The notes under the pieces are model-generated. The model saw nothing but the letters and a program-made list of their open reading frames with translations, was not told the origin of the DNA and searched no databases. 58,156 nt of DNA from Lysobacterales bacterium (GTDB lineage: Bacteria > Pseudomonadota > Gammaproteobacteria > Xanthomonadales > SZUA-5): the NCBI GenBank assembly GCA_022844165.1, contig JALHMH010000031.1, positions 1 to 58,156 on the forward strand, in the 5' to 3' direction. The position numbers and the translations under genes were made by a program. Shown here piece after piece: positions 20,058 to 30,667 of the stretch (positions are counted from its first letter, which is position 1; every line of letters starts with the position of its first letter).

Positions 20058-22376
20058 ATGCGCATTGCTGCCTTCTCGCTGCTCGGCATTTCCTTGTGCC
20101 CGCTGTCTGCTGCCATTTCGGCGGAATTGTGCCCAGTCGATCCGTGGCGCTGTACCAAAGACAACGGCGAATGGAATTGCACTGGCGTTCCGGTTGCCGC
20201 GGGTGACGCAACCAACGATGCGGCGGCGGAAACCCGGTTAACCGGCGACCGTCTCGAGGGCATTGATGGCCAATCGGTCACGCTGACCGGCAACGCTTTC
20301 GCTTTGCGCGGCAGCCAGTCAATCCGCGCCGATCGCATCGACTACGACGTCAAAAATGCGCTCGCGACCGCATCGAGTGGGGTGCGATACGAAGATGCGC
20401 GCCACCAATTTTATGCCGATGAAGTTCGCAGCGATCAAACGAATGAACGCACCGAGCTGGATAACGTGCGTTACGCGATCAAGGCCAGGCGCGGCCAAGG
20501 CAAAGCGAAAACTGCACTTACGCTGGGCGAGACTACGACCCTGGGCGAAGTGACCTACACGACGTGTCCTGGAAGCGACCTGAGTTGGCAAATCGAAGCG
20601 GCAAAGCTCGACATCGACCACGCTCGTGGCCAGGCACGAGCCGAGGATTTCAAGCTGCGGATTGCCGGCATCCCTGTTCTTTACGCACCATTCGCCAGCT
20701 TTCCGATCGACGATCGACGCAAGAGCGGCTGGCTTGCGCCAAAGCTCGGCGGTGGCAGCGACGGGCTCGATGTTGGCGTGCCGTATTACTGGAACCTCGC
20801 GCCGAATTACGATGCCACGGCCACGCCGCGGTTTATCGCCAACCGCGGCGCGCAACTGGGCGGCGAGTTTCGCTATTTGTCGTCGCAGGGCGCCGGGCAA
20901 TTCGACGCCGAGTACTTGCCGGGCGACGACCGCTTCGGAGATGACCGCAGCCGTGCCAGAGTGCGCCACAACGGTCATCTGTTCGCCAACCTGCGGCTCG
21001 ATGCGGATGTCCAGTATGTGTCTGACGATCGCTACTTCGTCGATCTTGGCGACTCTTTGAATGCGTCTGCGACAAGCGTGCTCGGCAGTCTGGTGCAGCT
21101 ATCGAGTGCGGGTCGTTCCTGGCAACTGAGTGCGCTGGTCGATGACTATGAGCTGATCCTGCCGGATGTCGATGAAGCTCTGCAGGTCGATCCGTATCGC
21201 CGGGTACCACGCTTTTTTGGCAGCTATGCTGATCGCCGCGGCAATTGGCGTTATGGCGTCGGTGCCGAGTGGGTGCGCTTCGATCGCGACCCATTGTGCC
21301 TGGACTTCAACGGTGACCAATGCACACGCACCGAATTGGATGGCGGCACGCGCTCGGATTTCGCACCCTACATCGGCTACCGGTGGCAACGTCCGGCGGG
21401 CTATTTGGACTCGCAAATCAAATGGCGTTTTACGCAACACGAACTGGACCGGCCACGTGGAGCCGCGAGCGCTTTTGACAGCTCCCGCTCCCGCTCAACG
21501 CCCATTGCCAGCATCGACGCCGGGCTTTACTTCGATCGCGACCGCGCGTTCGGCAACACATTGCGGCAAACGCTCGAACCGCGCATTTATTACTTGAATG
21601 TGCCCAATCGCGAGCAGGACGACACGCCGGTCTTCGATAGCGCGATGTTCGACTTCAGCTACGCGCAGCTGTTCCGCGATAACCGCTTCACTGGTGCCGA
21701 TCGGCAAAGCAACGCCAATCAGCTCACGCTCGGTCTCGCGACTCGATTGCTGGACCGCAACACGGGTGCGGAACGAGCGGCTCTACAGATCGGCCAGATT
21801 CGTTACTTCGACGCACCGGACGTGTTCTTACCGGGAGATCCCGATCCGCAGCAGGCGCCTGATCGGGATCAGTCGGCGTACGTGCTTGAATGGCGCACTC
21901 AGCTGACGCCTTCGACCAATCTTTCGGGAGCATTTCGATTCGATCCCGAGCGCAATCGCCGCGATCTTGCTGCCGTTCGTTGGCAGCGCAAATTCGGCGA
22001 GGGCGGATTGTTCAATGTGGGCTACCGATATCGGCCGGACACGTTCGACCTTCAGCCAGGCCCTGCGGCGCTGTTCGGACCTGCGGGAATAGAGCAAGCC
22101 GAAGTCTCCACATTGTTGCCAATCAACCAGAACTGGCGTGCGATCGCGCGCTGGAACTATTCGCTGCGCGAGGACACGACCCTCGAAGCCGTGGCCGGAT
22201 TCGAGTACTTGAGTTGCTGCTACAGCGTACGTTTGCTTTCGAGGAACTATCTTCGCGGCGTCGGCACGGAACGGCGCAATGCAGTGTTTCTGGAGTTCGA
22301 GCTGACGGGTCTTGGTCGTATCGGTCGTGATACGGGCGAGTTTCTACGCCGTGCTATTCTCGGTTATCAGCCTTAG
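20058..22376 (+). CDS. lptD: LPS-assembly protein LptD
   Basis: Signal peptide, YTTCP, RKSGWLAP, PYYWNLAPNYD, QTLEPR, NRFTGADR; lptD-surA-pdxA-rsmA order. Confidence 0.95.
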   Translation: MRIAAFSLLGISLCPLSAAISAELCPVDPWRCTKDNGEWNCTGVPVAAGDATNDAAAETRLTGDRLEGIDGQSVTLTGNAFALRGSQSIRADRIDYDVKNALATASSGVRYEDARHQFYADEVRSDQTNERTELDNVRYAIKARRGQGKAKTALTLGETTTLGEVTYTTCPGSDLSWQIEAAKLDIDHARGQARAEDFKLRIAGIPVLYAPFASFPIDDRRKSGWLAPKLGGGSDGLDVGVPYYWNLAPNYDATATPRFIANRGAQLGGEFRYLSSQGAGQFDAEYLPGDDRFGDDRSRARVRHNGHLFANLRLDADVQYVSDDRYFVDLGDSLNASATSVLGSLVQLSSAGRSWQLSALVDDYELILPDVDEALQVDPYRRVPRFFGSYADRRGNWRYGVGAEWVRFDRDPLCLDFNGDQCTRTELDGGTRSDFAPYIGYRWQRPAGYLDSQIKWRFTQHELDRPRGAASAFDSSRSRSTPIASIDAGLYFDRDRAFGNTLRQTLEPRIYYLNVPNREQDDTPVFDSAMFDFSYAQLFRDNRFTGADRQSNANQLTLGLATRLLDRNTGAERAALQIGQIRYFDAPDVFLPGDPDPQQAPDRDQSAYVLEWRTQLTPSTNLSGAFRFDPERNRRDLAAVRWQRKFGEGGLFNVGYRYRPDTFDLQPGPAALFGPAGIEQAEVSTLLPINQNWRAIARWNYSLREDTTLEAVAGFEYLSCCYSVRLLSRNYLRGVGTERRNAVFLEFELTGLGRIGRDTGEFLRRAILGYQP

Positions 22377-22390
22377 GCAGACGGTCCAAC

Positions 22391-23674
22391 ATGCGTAATA
22401 TTCTGATTTTCTTAACATTTTTAGCGTTCGCGCCAACCGCCTTAAGCCAGGCTCTGGGAGAGCAGATCGACAGCATCGTCGCCATTGTCGATGAAGACGT
22501 CATTCTGCGATCGGAGCTCGACCAGGCGATTGTTGGAGTGCGCCGCCAGTATCAAGGCCGCGAGACCCAATTGCCGCCGCCCGAAGTATTGGAACGTCAG
22601 GTACTCGAGCGGCTGATGTCGATTCGCCTGCAATTGCAACGCGCGGAGTCCACGGGCGTTCGAGTGACCGATACGGAAATCGACAATGCGATTGGCCGCA
22701 TCGCTCAACAGAACAACCTGACTTTCGCGCAACTACAACAACAGCTGAGCCGCGAAGGATTCGATCTGGCCGAATTCAGGCGCACGCTGCGCGAGGAGAT
22801 CATGGTGCAGAAGCTGCGCCAACGCGTCATCGAATCACGCGCCGAGGTCAGCCCCTCCGAAGTGGAAATCGCATTGGCGACCGGCGCGCAACGCCAGGGC
22901 GAGGTGCGGATATCGGCCGTACTGGTCGCCATTCCCGATGGCGCTTCGCCCGAACAGGTCGAGATCGCAAAGACCAAGATCGATGGCGTCAAGAAACTGA
23001 TCGATGAAGGTAAGATCGATTTTGCTGCCGCTGCCATTCGCTACTCGGATGCAGCGCAAGCTCTCGAGGGCGGCGATTTGGGATGGCGCCGGTACGACCA
23101 GATCGCGCCTGCCTTTGCCGATCTGGTCTCGGCCATGAAACCTGGGGAAATCTCTGAGCCCTTGCGCACACCCACCGGCTACTACCTCATCCAACTTACA
23201 GACAAACGCGATACCAGCCAAATCATGGTCACCGAGTTTCGCTCGCGCAAAATTCTGGTGCGGATTACTGAATTGCAGTCCGAAGATGCCGCTGAACGTG
23301 CCATCAATTCGATTTACAGCCGCCTAGAAAAGGGCGAGGAATTCGAAAAACTGGCACGCGAGTTGTCAGAAGACGAGGCAACCGCGCCGCTGGGCGGCGA
23401 TATGGACTGGTTCCCGATCGACAGCGTGCCACCGGCTTTTGCGGAAATGGTCACTTCGATGGAAGACGGTCAGTATTCGCGTCCCGTTCGCGACGCCGAC
23501 GGCTGGATGCTGATCCAACGCGTCGGAACAAGAGAGAGCGATCGCACCGAAGAAGTTGTTCGCAATCAGATTCGCGAAAGCTTGCGTCAGCGCAAAGGCG
23601 AAGAAGCCTACGAGGCTTTTCTGCGCCAATTGCGCGGCGAGGCTTTCATCGAAGATCGATTGGCGAAGTCTTGA
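22391..23674 (+). CDS. surA: Periplasmic chaperone/PPIase SurA
   Basis: DSIVAIVDEDVILRSEL; two parvulin domains (GGDLGW, GGDMDW). Confidence 0.95.
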   Translation: MRNILIFLTFLAFAPTALSQALGEQIDSIVAIVDEDVILRSELDQAIVGVRRQYQGRETQLPPPEVLERQVLERLMSIRLQLQRAESTGVRVTDTEIDNAIGRIAQQNNLTFAQLQQQLSREGFDLAEFRRTLREEIMVQKLRQRVIESRAEVSPSEVEIALATGAQRQGEVRISAVLVAIPDGASPEQVEIAKTKIDGVKKLIDEGKIDFAAAAIRYSDAAQALEGGDLGWRRYDQIAPAFADLVSAMKPGEISEPLRTPTGYYLIQLTDKRDTSQIMVTEFRSRKILVRITELQSEDAAERAINSIYSRLEKGEEFEKLARELSEDEATAPLGGDMDWFPIDSVPPAFAEMVTSMEDGQYSRPVRDADGWMLIQRVGTRESDRTEEVVRNQIRESLRQRKGEEAYEAFLRQLRGEAFIEDRLAKS

Positions 23675-24666
23675 TACCGCGCATCGGGCTGACGATCGGA
23701 GAACCTGCCGGCGTTGGCCCCGAACTGGTCCTTCGCGCCGCCGTCAAACGCTGGCCAGCGCGCCTGATCGCCTATGGCGACCCGGCACTTTTGCGTGCCA
23801 CCGCCGAGCGCTTAGGGGTCAAGGTCAGTCTCATGCCTGACGACGGCGAACGCACCGTCCGGCCGGGCCTGATGTTTCATGAGGCGATGCCCGTCGCGCT
23901 CGCTGCTGAAGCTCGCCCCGGCACACTCGATCCGCGTAACGCCGCAGCAACCTTGGCCATGCTGACGCATGCCGCACACGATGCAAAACGACGTCATATC
24001 GATGGACTCGTCACTGCCCCGGTGCAAAAGAGTGTGCTTGATACGACCAAATCGCCTTTTAGCGGTCACACAGAGTTCTTTCAGGCATTGGCGGGTGTCG
24101 AACGCGTCGTCATGCTGCTCACCGCCGCGCCGAAGAAGCAGCCCTTGCGCGTGGCGCTGACAACAACACATCTGCCACTGCGCGCAGTGGCCAACGCTGT
24201 TACGCCAGAGCTGCTGCAATCAACGCTGGCCGTGCTGCATGGCGGACTCAAACGCGACTACGGCATCGAACGGCCGCGCATTGCGGTCCTGGGTCTTAAT
24301 CCGCACGCTGGAGAGAGTGGGCATCTGGGCACCGAAGAGCAGCGCATTATTGCGCCAGTGCTCAAGTCATTGCGCAGCAAGGGAATTGAACTTGAAGGCC
24401 CCTTGCCAGCCGACACCGCATTCAGTGCCGAGCGAATAGCGCGCACCGATGCCTTTCTCGCCATGTACCACGATCAAGGTTTGCCGGTGCTCAAGTACGC
24501 CGGATTCGGTTCCGCTGTCAACGTCACATTAGGGCTGCCTTACGTGCGCACGTCAGTCGATCACGGCACGGCATTGGACATCGCCGGCCAAGGCCTTGCG
24601 GATCCAGGTTCTTTGTATGCGGCCATTTCCGAAGCGATCCGCATCATCGCAACACGCACACCGTGA
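23671..24666 (+). CDS. pdxA: 4-hydroxythreonine-4-phosphate dehydrogenase
   Basis: GEPAGVGPEL, GHTE, NPHAGE, MYHDQGL, RTSVDHGTA. Confidence 0.97.
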   Translation: MIPRIGLTIGEPAGVGPELVLRAAVKRWPARLIAYGDPALLRATAERLGVKVSLMPDDGERTVRPGLMFHEAMPVALAAEARPGTLDPRNAAATLAMLTHAAHDAKRRHIDGLVTAPVQKSVLDTTKSPFSGHTEFFQALAGVERVVMLLTAAPKKQPLRVALTTTHLPLRAVANAVTPELLQSTLAVLHGGLKRDYGIERPRIAVLGLNPHAGESGHLGTEEQRIIAPVLKSLRSKGIELEGPLPADTAFSAERIARTDAFLAMYHDQGLPVLKYAGFGSAVNVTLGLPYVRTSVDHGTALDIAGQGLADPGSLYAAISEAIRIIATRTP

Positions 24667-25430
24667 TCACTGCTCGAAAAAGATTCGGCCAGAATTTTCT
24701 CCGCGACGAACGCGTGATCGATCGCATTGTGCGCGCGATCGCACCCACGACAGACGAGCGTATCGTCGAAATCGGGCCTGGTCGCGGTGCGATGACATTC
24801 AAGTTGCTCGCCGAAGTGCCGCAGCTAACCGCCATTGAGATCGACCGCGATCTGGTGGCGTTACTGCGCGAACAAGGCCCGCAGCACGGCGACCTGACAA
24901 TTATCGAAGCCGACGTGCTCACGGTCGATTTCACCGCGCTGCGTGGCACGGGCAGCCGTTTGCGAGTCGTCGGCAACCTGCCCTACAACATTTCGACGCC
25001 AGTTCTGTTTCATCTGCTCGAACACCAGGACGTCATCGAAGATATGCACTTCATGCTGCAGCGCGAAGTCGTCGATCGCATGGTCGCACCGCCCGGCGAC
25101 AAGATTTATGGGCGCCTGAGCGTCGCGCTTCAGGCTCAATGCCAGGTGCAGCGTTTGTTCAAAGTTGCACCGGGCAGCTTCTGGCCAGTACCGAAGGTCG
25201 ACTCCGCCATCGTCAAACTGACCCCACACCACGATGCAGAGCGCATGCGCCTCGCCGCGCCACTCGATCGCATTCTGCGCGCCGCGTTTGGACAACGCCG
25301 AAAGACGCTCAGCAACGCGCTCGATGGTGTCGCCAGCGTCGAGCAAATGTCCGCCGCGGACATCGCCCCGGCAGCGCGAGCAGAGACGATCAGCGTCGAA
25401 AAATTCCTGGCGCTCGCAGCTCTGGTTTAG
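24663..25430 (+). CDS. rsmA: 16S rRNA adenine dimethyltransferase
   Basis: RKRFGQNFL, EIGPG, GNLPYNIST, PKVDSA. Confidence 0.97.
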   Translation: MITARKRFGQNFLRDERVIDRIVRAIAPTTDERIVEIGPGRGAMTFKLLAEVPQLTAIEIDRDLVALLREQGPQHGDLTIIEADVLTVDFTALRGTGSRLRVVGNLPYNISTPVLFHLLEHQDVIEDMHFMLQREVVDRMVAPPGDKIYGRLSVALQAQCQVQRLFKVAPGSFWPVPKVDSAIVKLTPHHDAERMRLAAPLDRILRAAFGQRRKTLSNALDGVASVEQMSAADIAPAARAETISVEKFLALAALV

Positions 25431-25623
25431 GGGACTTGCCGGTACTTGCTCTGGCCTACCAGTCCAACACCAGTTGGATCACCGGTTTTGCCCGCCGGAA
25501 TCGACCAACAACGCACCGTGCGTTAGCAACACGGCTTCGCCAGTGCTTGGCGTCTTGCTTCCCGTGCTCGCCGTTCGTTCCTGGCGGGCAGCGATGCGGA
25601 CTTTAAGAGATCTTGTTGAATCG

Positions 25624-25640
25624 TACGGAATTTTCCCGTA
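25624..25640. promoter_or_regulatory. Probable antitoxin operator TACGG-N7-CCGTA
   Basis: Inverted repeat about 30 nt upstream of the DUF1778 gene, resembling the TGTACGG-N7-CCGTACA operator of KacAT-type systems. Confidence 0.6.
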
Positions 25641-25671
25641 GCGTAGAACGAGTGAAACAAGGAGGCGTGTC

Positions 25672-25977
25672 ATGACGCAAGTTACTGACAAATCTAAAAA
25701 AGCCCGGTTCGACGGTCAGTTGAGTGTCGAGCAAAAAAGCCATTTTGAGTACGCCGCTGCTTTAGCCGGAAACCGGACGCTGACCGAGTTTGTATTCACG
25801 GCGGCCCAGGAAAAAGCCGACCGGATTATTTCGGAGCATCAGACACTGTTCCGCTCAAAACGTGACCGGGATGTGTTCTTCGAGGCACTGACGAATCCCC
25901 CGGCTCCAAACAAGAAGCTGAAGGCCGCTGCCAAACGCTACAAGGAAACGGCCGGCGAGAATGAACTTCATCACTGA
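25672..25977 (+). CDS. DUF1778 (TacA/AtaR-like) RHH antitoxin
   Basis: EQK..FEYAAAL...TLTEFV..AA.E.A...FFEALTNPPAPNKKL; overlaps the GNAT gene. Confidence 0.9.
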   Translation: MTQVTDKSKKARFDGQLSVEQKSHFEYAAALAGNRTLTEFVFTAAQEKADRIISEHQTLFRSKRDRDVFFEALTNPPAPNKKLKAAAKRYKETAGENELHH

Positions 25978-26455
25978 GCTTCTTCACGCCGATCACAAAA
26001 GATCGAGATTTTCATGCGGCGAGGAATCGCTGGATGTCTTCATCCAGAAACTGGCAAGCCAGCACGTCAAAAGTCGTGCCGCGGGCGTTTTCATCGCCGC
26101 CGATGCCGGTGGGCGGGTCAAGGGGTACTACACGCTTTCCGCAGACAGCATCCCCGCAGAAAGTGTTCCAGAAGATTTCCGCAAGAAAGTGCCACGTTAT
26201 GAAAGCCTGCCGACAACGCTGCTGGGCTGGCTGGCGATCGATCTGCACGATCAAGGACAGGGGCTTGGCGAGCTGCTGTTGATCGATGCGCTGCACAGGG
26301 CCTACGCGATCTCAGAACAAGTCGGATCAGCGGCCGTCATAGTTGATGCCCTGAATAGCAAAGCCGAGGCGTTCTACCAGCAATACGGATTCATCGCACT
26401 TCCTGATCGCGGACGTCTGTTTCTTCCGATGAAGAGCGTAAAGACGCTGTTTTAG
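25961..26455 (+). CDS. GNAT toxin (TacT/AtaT-like)
   Basis: FSCGEESLD, GYYTLSA, QGQGLGELLL, IVDALN..A..FY..YGF. Confidence 0.88.
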   Translation: MNFITELLHADHKRSRFSCGEESLDVFIQKLASQHVKSRAAGVFIAADAGGRVKGYYTLSADSIPAESVPEDFRKKVPRYESLPTTLLGWLAIDLHDQGQGLGELLLIDALHRAYAISEQVGSAAVIVDALNSKAEAFYQQYGFIALPDRGRLFLPMKSVKTLF

Positions 26456-26660
26456 TCCGGTGCGACACGCTTGACCTACATCGGCCTGCGCATTGACGGC
26501 CTGCGGCCTCGCTGCGCTCGCGCTCTCCGGCCATCCTGGCCTACGAGTCGAACCACTGTTCTCATCCCTCTCTCTCCCCCAAAAAAAATGCGGCCCGAGG
26601 GCGGCATTCATTTTGGCGGGGACGAGAGGTTGCTTCGAACCGTGAAGGCCAGGGCGGACT

Positions 26661-26700
26661 CCCCTCCCCGATGTTCGGGGAGGGGTTGGGGGTGGGGTTA
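26661..26700. repeat. REP-like element (CCCCTCCCCG-ATGTT-CGGGGAGGGG-TTGGGGGTGGGG)
   Basis: 10-bp GC hairpin with a G-rich tail. Confidence 0.55.
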
Positions 26701-26727
26701 GGCAACAACGCGCGGAGATACTCCGCC

Positions 26728-26762
26728 AAAAAACAAAGCCGCCTGGCGGCGGCTTTGTTTTT
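26728..26762. terminator. Bidirectional intrinsic terminator
   Basis: AAAAAACAAAGCCGCC-TGGC-GGCGGCTTTGTTTTT. Confidence 0.75.
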
Positions 26763-26919
26763 CTGGCGGAGAGAGAGGATTGCGCGGGCCATCCATGGCC
26801 CGCGGCCTGCGGCCTCGCTGCGCTCGCGCTCTCCGGCCATCCTGGCCTACGAGTCGAACCACTGTTCTCATCCCTCTCTCTCCCCCAAAAAAAATGCCGC
26901 CCGAGGGCGGCATTGATTT

Positions 26920-27012
26920 TGGCGGAGAGAGAGGGATTCGAACCCTCGATGGGTTTTTTAGACCCATACTCCCTTAGCAGGGGAGCCCCTTCGGCCTCTC
27001 GGGCATCTCTCC
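26920..27012 (-). tRNA. tRNA-Ser (GCT)
   Basis: GGAGAGATGCCCGAGAGGCCGAAGGGGCTCCCCTGCTAAGGGAG...GGTTCGAATCCCTCTCTCTCCGCCA; long variable arm; alaS-csrA-tRNA-Ser synteny. Confidence 0.97.
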
Positions 27013-27022
27013 AATTTCTTTG

Positions 27023-27229
27023 TCAGCTTGTCGTTCCGCTGTCTTCCGGTGGCGTTTGGCCATCGTCGTCGCCGCGGATTCTCTGATAAATCTCTTCTCG
27101 GTGCACGGTTACATCGCGCGGGGCGTTGATTCCTACGCGCACCTGATTGCCTTTCACGCCGAGCACGGTCACGGTGACCTGATCGCCAATCACCAGTGCC
27201 TCACCCACGCGACGCGTCAAGATCAGCAT
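27023..27229 (-). CDS. csrA: Carbon storage regulator
   Basis: [10 protein letters not shown]...[22 protein letters not shown]. Confidence 0.97.
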   Translation of the reverse strand: MLILTRRVGEALVIGDQVTVTVLGVKGNQVRVGINAPRDVTVHREEIYQRIRGDDDGQTPPEDSGTTS

Positions 27230-27382
27230 CCATTCCTCCTGCCGCCAGACTTGCGTCCGACACCACGCCATTCGATTCCGTGAATGACGCGCCAAACATT
27301 CCATGTTCGTTCGGCCGGTCGACCGAAGCCGCGAATGCTAACCCAAGGTACAGGCCACGACAACGAGTGCGCACACGCGCGT

Positions 27383-27759
27383 TCAGCGCAGAACGTAACT
27401 GGCCAACACCGCCTGCACTTCGAACACACTCAGCTTTTTGTTGAACGTCTTGCTGATCGGCGTTGGATCGCCGGAGACCCATACCTTCAGTTCGGCATCG
27501 AGATCGAGCGATCCGGCTGTTTCCACCGAAAATCGCGTCACGCTGCGATAGGGGATCGACATGTATTCGATCTTCTTGCCGCTGATGCCCTGTTTGTCCA
27601 CCACACCAGCCGCTGATTGGTGAACACGAAGAAGTCGCGGATCAAAAGGTAGGCGTGATCAACGGTCTCGCCTGCCGCGAGCACGCGCTCCATTTCGCCG
27701 CGAATTGTTGCCGGATCGATCTTCGAAGCATTGCCAAGCAAACCATCCAGCAATCCCAT
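27383..27759 (-). pseudogene. Bacterial PH-domain protein with a 1-nt frameshift
   Basis: MGLLDGLLGNAS...LIRDFFVFTNQRLV in one frame; VDKQGISGKKIEYMSIPY...ETAG..DLDAEL in another; shift near 27603. Confidence 0.8.
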
Positions 27760-27910
27760 CGGAACGTCCTCGTTTAGGGTGAGGGGCGATGATGGGGCGA
27801 TGGGTTGGCGCGCGAGCGTGACGGAAGTCAGCCTCGATTGGACAAACCGAGGCTCTGGATTCCTGTTTTCAGAGCAGCAACCGATGCAACTGGCGAGTTC
27901 GTGAAAGCGA

Positions 27911-30667
27911 TCAGGCAGCTTGTGTGCTGACGAAGCGCTGCACCTCAGCAAGCGCCGCCTTCAGCTCCGGGCCATCGTTCGCGCCACCTTGCGCCATATC
28001 GGGCCGACCGCCGCCCTTGCCGCCGGCTCTGCTGGCGACGAAACTGAGCACATCGCCGGCCTTGACGCGGCCGAGCGCGCTGCCGGCGACGCCGGCGATC
28101 AAAGTGGCTTTGCCATCGGCGACGCTGGCCAAAACGATGACCGCATCAACGAGCTTTTGCTTGAGCGTATCGAGCATCTGCCGCAAAACCTTGGCGTCCA
28201 CGCCCTCCAGGCGCACGCTCAGCACCTTGACGCCATCGATATCGACAGCCGATGCGATGAGATCGTCGAGTGAGGCGCTCGCGGCTTTGGCTTTGAGCTG
28301 GCCCAATTCGCGCTCGCCGTGTTTGACGCGATCGAGCAATTGCTGGACTTTGGCGAGCACTTGATCGCCGCCACCCAGCATCAATGCCAGCTCGCGCAGG
28401 CGCTGTTCCTGCTCTTGCACAAGCGCCACAGCGGCATCGCCGGTGATCGCCTCGATACGGCGCACGCCGGCGGAAATGCCGCCTTCGCTCAAGATCTTGA
28501 ACAGGCCAATATCGCCGGTGCGCGACACGTGCGTGCCGCCGCACAGCTCAGTGGAGAACTCGCCCATGCGCAACACGCGCACGCGTTCGCCGTACTTCTC
28601 GCCGAACAGCGCCAGCGCGCCGAAATCGAGCGCTTCTTTCATCGCCATTTGATGCACTTCGGCCTGCGCGTTGGCGCGAATGTCGTGATTCACCTTGGCT
28701 TCGATGCGCGCCAGTTGCTCGGGCGAAATGGCCTCGAAATGGGAGAAGTCGAAGCGCAAACGATCGGGGGCCACGAGGCTGCCTTTTTGCTGCACGTGAT
28801 CGCCCAGCTCGTTGCGCAATACCGCGTGCAATAGATGCGTGGCCGAGTGGTTGAGCACCGTGGCGCTGCGGCGTGTGGCGTCGATACGCGCTTGCATCGA
28901 ATCGCCCACATTGAGCGTGCCTTGCGTGACGTCGACCACGTGTCCGTGAAACACGCCAGCGATCTTGATGGTGTCGCACACGCGCGCTGCGCCGCGTTCG
29001 CTACTCAGTTCACCGTGATCGCCGACCTGCCCGCCACTCTCGGCGTAAAACGGCGTGCGATCGAGCAGCACGATGGCCGTCTCGCCATCGCGTGCGCTTT
29101 GGCGCACCTGGCCATCGACCAGCATGCGCACGATCTTGCCGCTGGCTTCGTGTTGCTCGTAACCGAGAAACTCCGTCGGCGCCAGGCCCTCGACGTGCTC
29201 CGCGGTGATTTTCAGGCCGCCGCCGAAATTGCTGGCTGCGCGGGCGCGATCGCGCTGCGCGGCCATCGCGTCGTCGAAACCGTGCTCGTCGACAACCAGG
29301 CTGCGCTCGCGCGCAATGTCTTGCGTGAGATCGAGCGGGAAGCCGTAAGTGTCGTACAGGCGAAAGGCGTCGGCGCCGGCAATGATGGTGTCGCTCAACG
29401 CGGCAACAATGAGCTCGAATTGACGCATGCCACTGTCCAGCGTCTCGGCAAAACGTTCTTCCTCACCGGCCAATACCTGATCGACCAAAGCGGCCTTCGC
29501 CGCCAGTTCGGGGTACGCCTGGCCCATTTGCTCAACCAGAGCGCCGACCATCTTGTGAAAGAACGCGCCACGTGTGCCCAGCTTCCAGCCGTGACGCAGG
29601 GCGCGGCGAATGATCCGTCGTAGCACGTAGCCCCTGCCCTCGTTGCTCGGCAGCACGCCATCGACGATCAGGAACGCGGTGGCGCGAATGTGGTCGGCGA
29701 TCACGCGCAGGGAAGGTTCGGCGATATCGGCGCAACCGGTCAGTTCCGCAGCGCGCTTGATCAGCGCCTGGAACAAATCGATCTCGTAGTTCGAATGCAC
29801 GTGCTGCAGCACGGCGGTCAGGCGCTCCAGACCCATGCCTGTGTCGACGCACGGTTTGGGCAGCGGCGCCATCTTGTATTCGGTCAGCACAAACTTTAAC
29901 TCGCCCGAGGGCAACCGCTGCGGCACCGGCGGATTGACCACCTTGCCAGCTGCGAGCGCTGCCTCGTAGGCGGCGCGCGCTTCACTTTCGCTGGCGAATT
30001 CACGCACGCCGAGCACCGAGCGATCGAACTGCATGAACACGAGGTTCCAGATTTCGATGTAACGATCGCCATCGGCATCCGGCGATCCCGGCGGCCCGCC
30101 GGCAATGCCGGGACCATGATCGAAGAACACTTCGGAACACGGACCGCAAGGACCGGTATCAGCCATCTGCCAGAAATTGTCCGACGCGAACGGCGCGCCT
30201 TTGTTGTCGCCAATGCGCACGATCCGCTCGGCCGGCACGCCGATCTCGTCGTGCCAGAGGCCGTAGGCTTCGTCGTCGTTGTGGTAAACCGTGACCCAGA
30301 GCTTGTCCTTGGGCAGCGCGTAAACGCCCGTCAGCAACTCCCATGCATAGTGAATCGCATCGCGCTTGAAATAGTCGCCAAAACTGAAGTTACCGAGCAT
30401 CTCGAAAAAAGTGTGGTGGCGCGCGGTGTAGCCCACCTGGTCGAGATCGTTGTGTTTGCCCCCCGCTCGCACGCAGCGTTGCGATGAGGCCGCGCGCGTG
30501 TAGTCGCGCTTTTCCGCGCCGAGGAACGTGTCTTTGAACTGCACCATGCCGGAGTTGGTGAACAGCAACGAGGCGTCGCCCACGAGCGAACTCGACGGCA
30601 CGTGACGGTGTTCCTTGCTCACGAAATAATCGATGAACGCTTGGCGGATGTCGTTAGTACTGCGCAT
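27911..30667 (-). CDS. alaS: Alanine--tRNA ligase
   Basis: [56 protein letters not shown]. Confidence 0.98.
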   Translation of the reverse strand: MRSTNDIRQAFIDYFVSKEHRHVPSSSLVGDASLLFTNSGMVQFKDTFLGAEKRDYTRAASSQRCVRAGGKHNDLDQVGYTARHHTFFEMLGNFSFGDYFKRDAIHYAWELLTGVYALPKDKLWVTVYHNDDEAYGLWHDEIGVPAERIVRIGDNKGAPFASDNFWQMADTGPCGPCSEVFFDHGPGIAGGPPGSPDADGDRYIEIWNLVFMQFDRSVLGVREFASESEARAAYEAALAAGKVVNPPVPQRLPSGELKFVLTEYKMAPLPKPCVDTGMGLERLTAVLQHVHSNYEIDLFQALIKRAAELTGCADIAEPSLRVIADHIRATAFLIVDGVLPSNEGRGYVLRRIIRRALRHGWKLGTRGAFFHKMVGALVEQMGQAYPELAAKAALVDQVLAGEEERFAETLDSGMRQFELIVAALSDTIIAGADAFRLYDTYGFPLDLTQDIARERSLVVDEHGFDDAMAAQRDRARAASNFGGGLKITAEHVEGLAPTEFLGYEQHEASGKIVRMLVDGQVRQSARDGETAIVLLDRTPFYAESGGQVGDHGELSSERGAARVCDTIKIAGVFHGHVVDVTQGTLNVGDSMQARIDATRRSATVLNHSATHLLHAVLRNELGDHVQQKGSLVAPDRLRFDFSHFEAISPEQLARIEAKVNHDIRANAQAEVHQMAMKEALDFGALALFGEKYGERVRVLRMGEFSTELCGGTHVSRTGDIGLFKILSEGGISAGVRRIEAITGDAAVALVQEQEQRLRELALMLGGGDQVLAKVQQLLDRVKHGERELGQLKAKAASASLDDLIASAVDIDGVKVLSVRLEGVDAKVLRQMLDTLKQKLVDAVIVLASVADGKATLIAGVAGSALGRVKAGDVLSFVASRAGGKGGGRPDMAQGGANDGPELKAALAEVQRFVSTQAA

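Larger units (their letters stand above)
26497..26925. repeat. Two 123-bp direct repeats (26497-26619 and 26803-26925) containing tRNA-Ser 3'-end copies and terminator hairpins
   Basis: Copies differ at 2 positions by eye; both contain TCCCTCTCTCTCCCCCA, an inverted near-copy of the tRNA 3' end. Confidence 0.85.

Noticed and set aside
26497-26925. Possible CRISPR array
   Set aside because: Only two long repeats, derived from tRNA and terminator sequence; no regular repeat-spacer period and no cas genes.
29867-30019. Intein in AlaS
   Set aside because: Too short and lacks the C-terminal His-Asn plus Cys/Ser/Thr junction.
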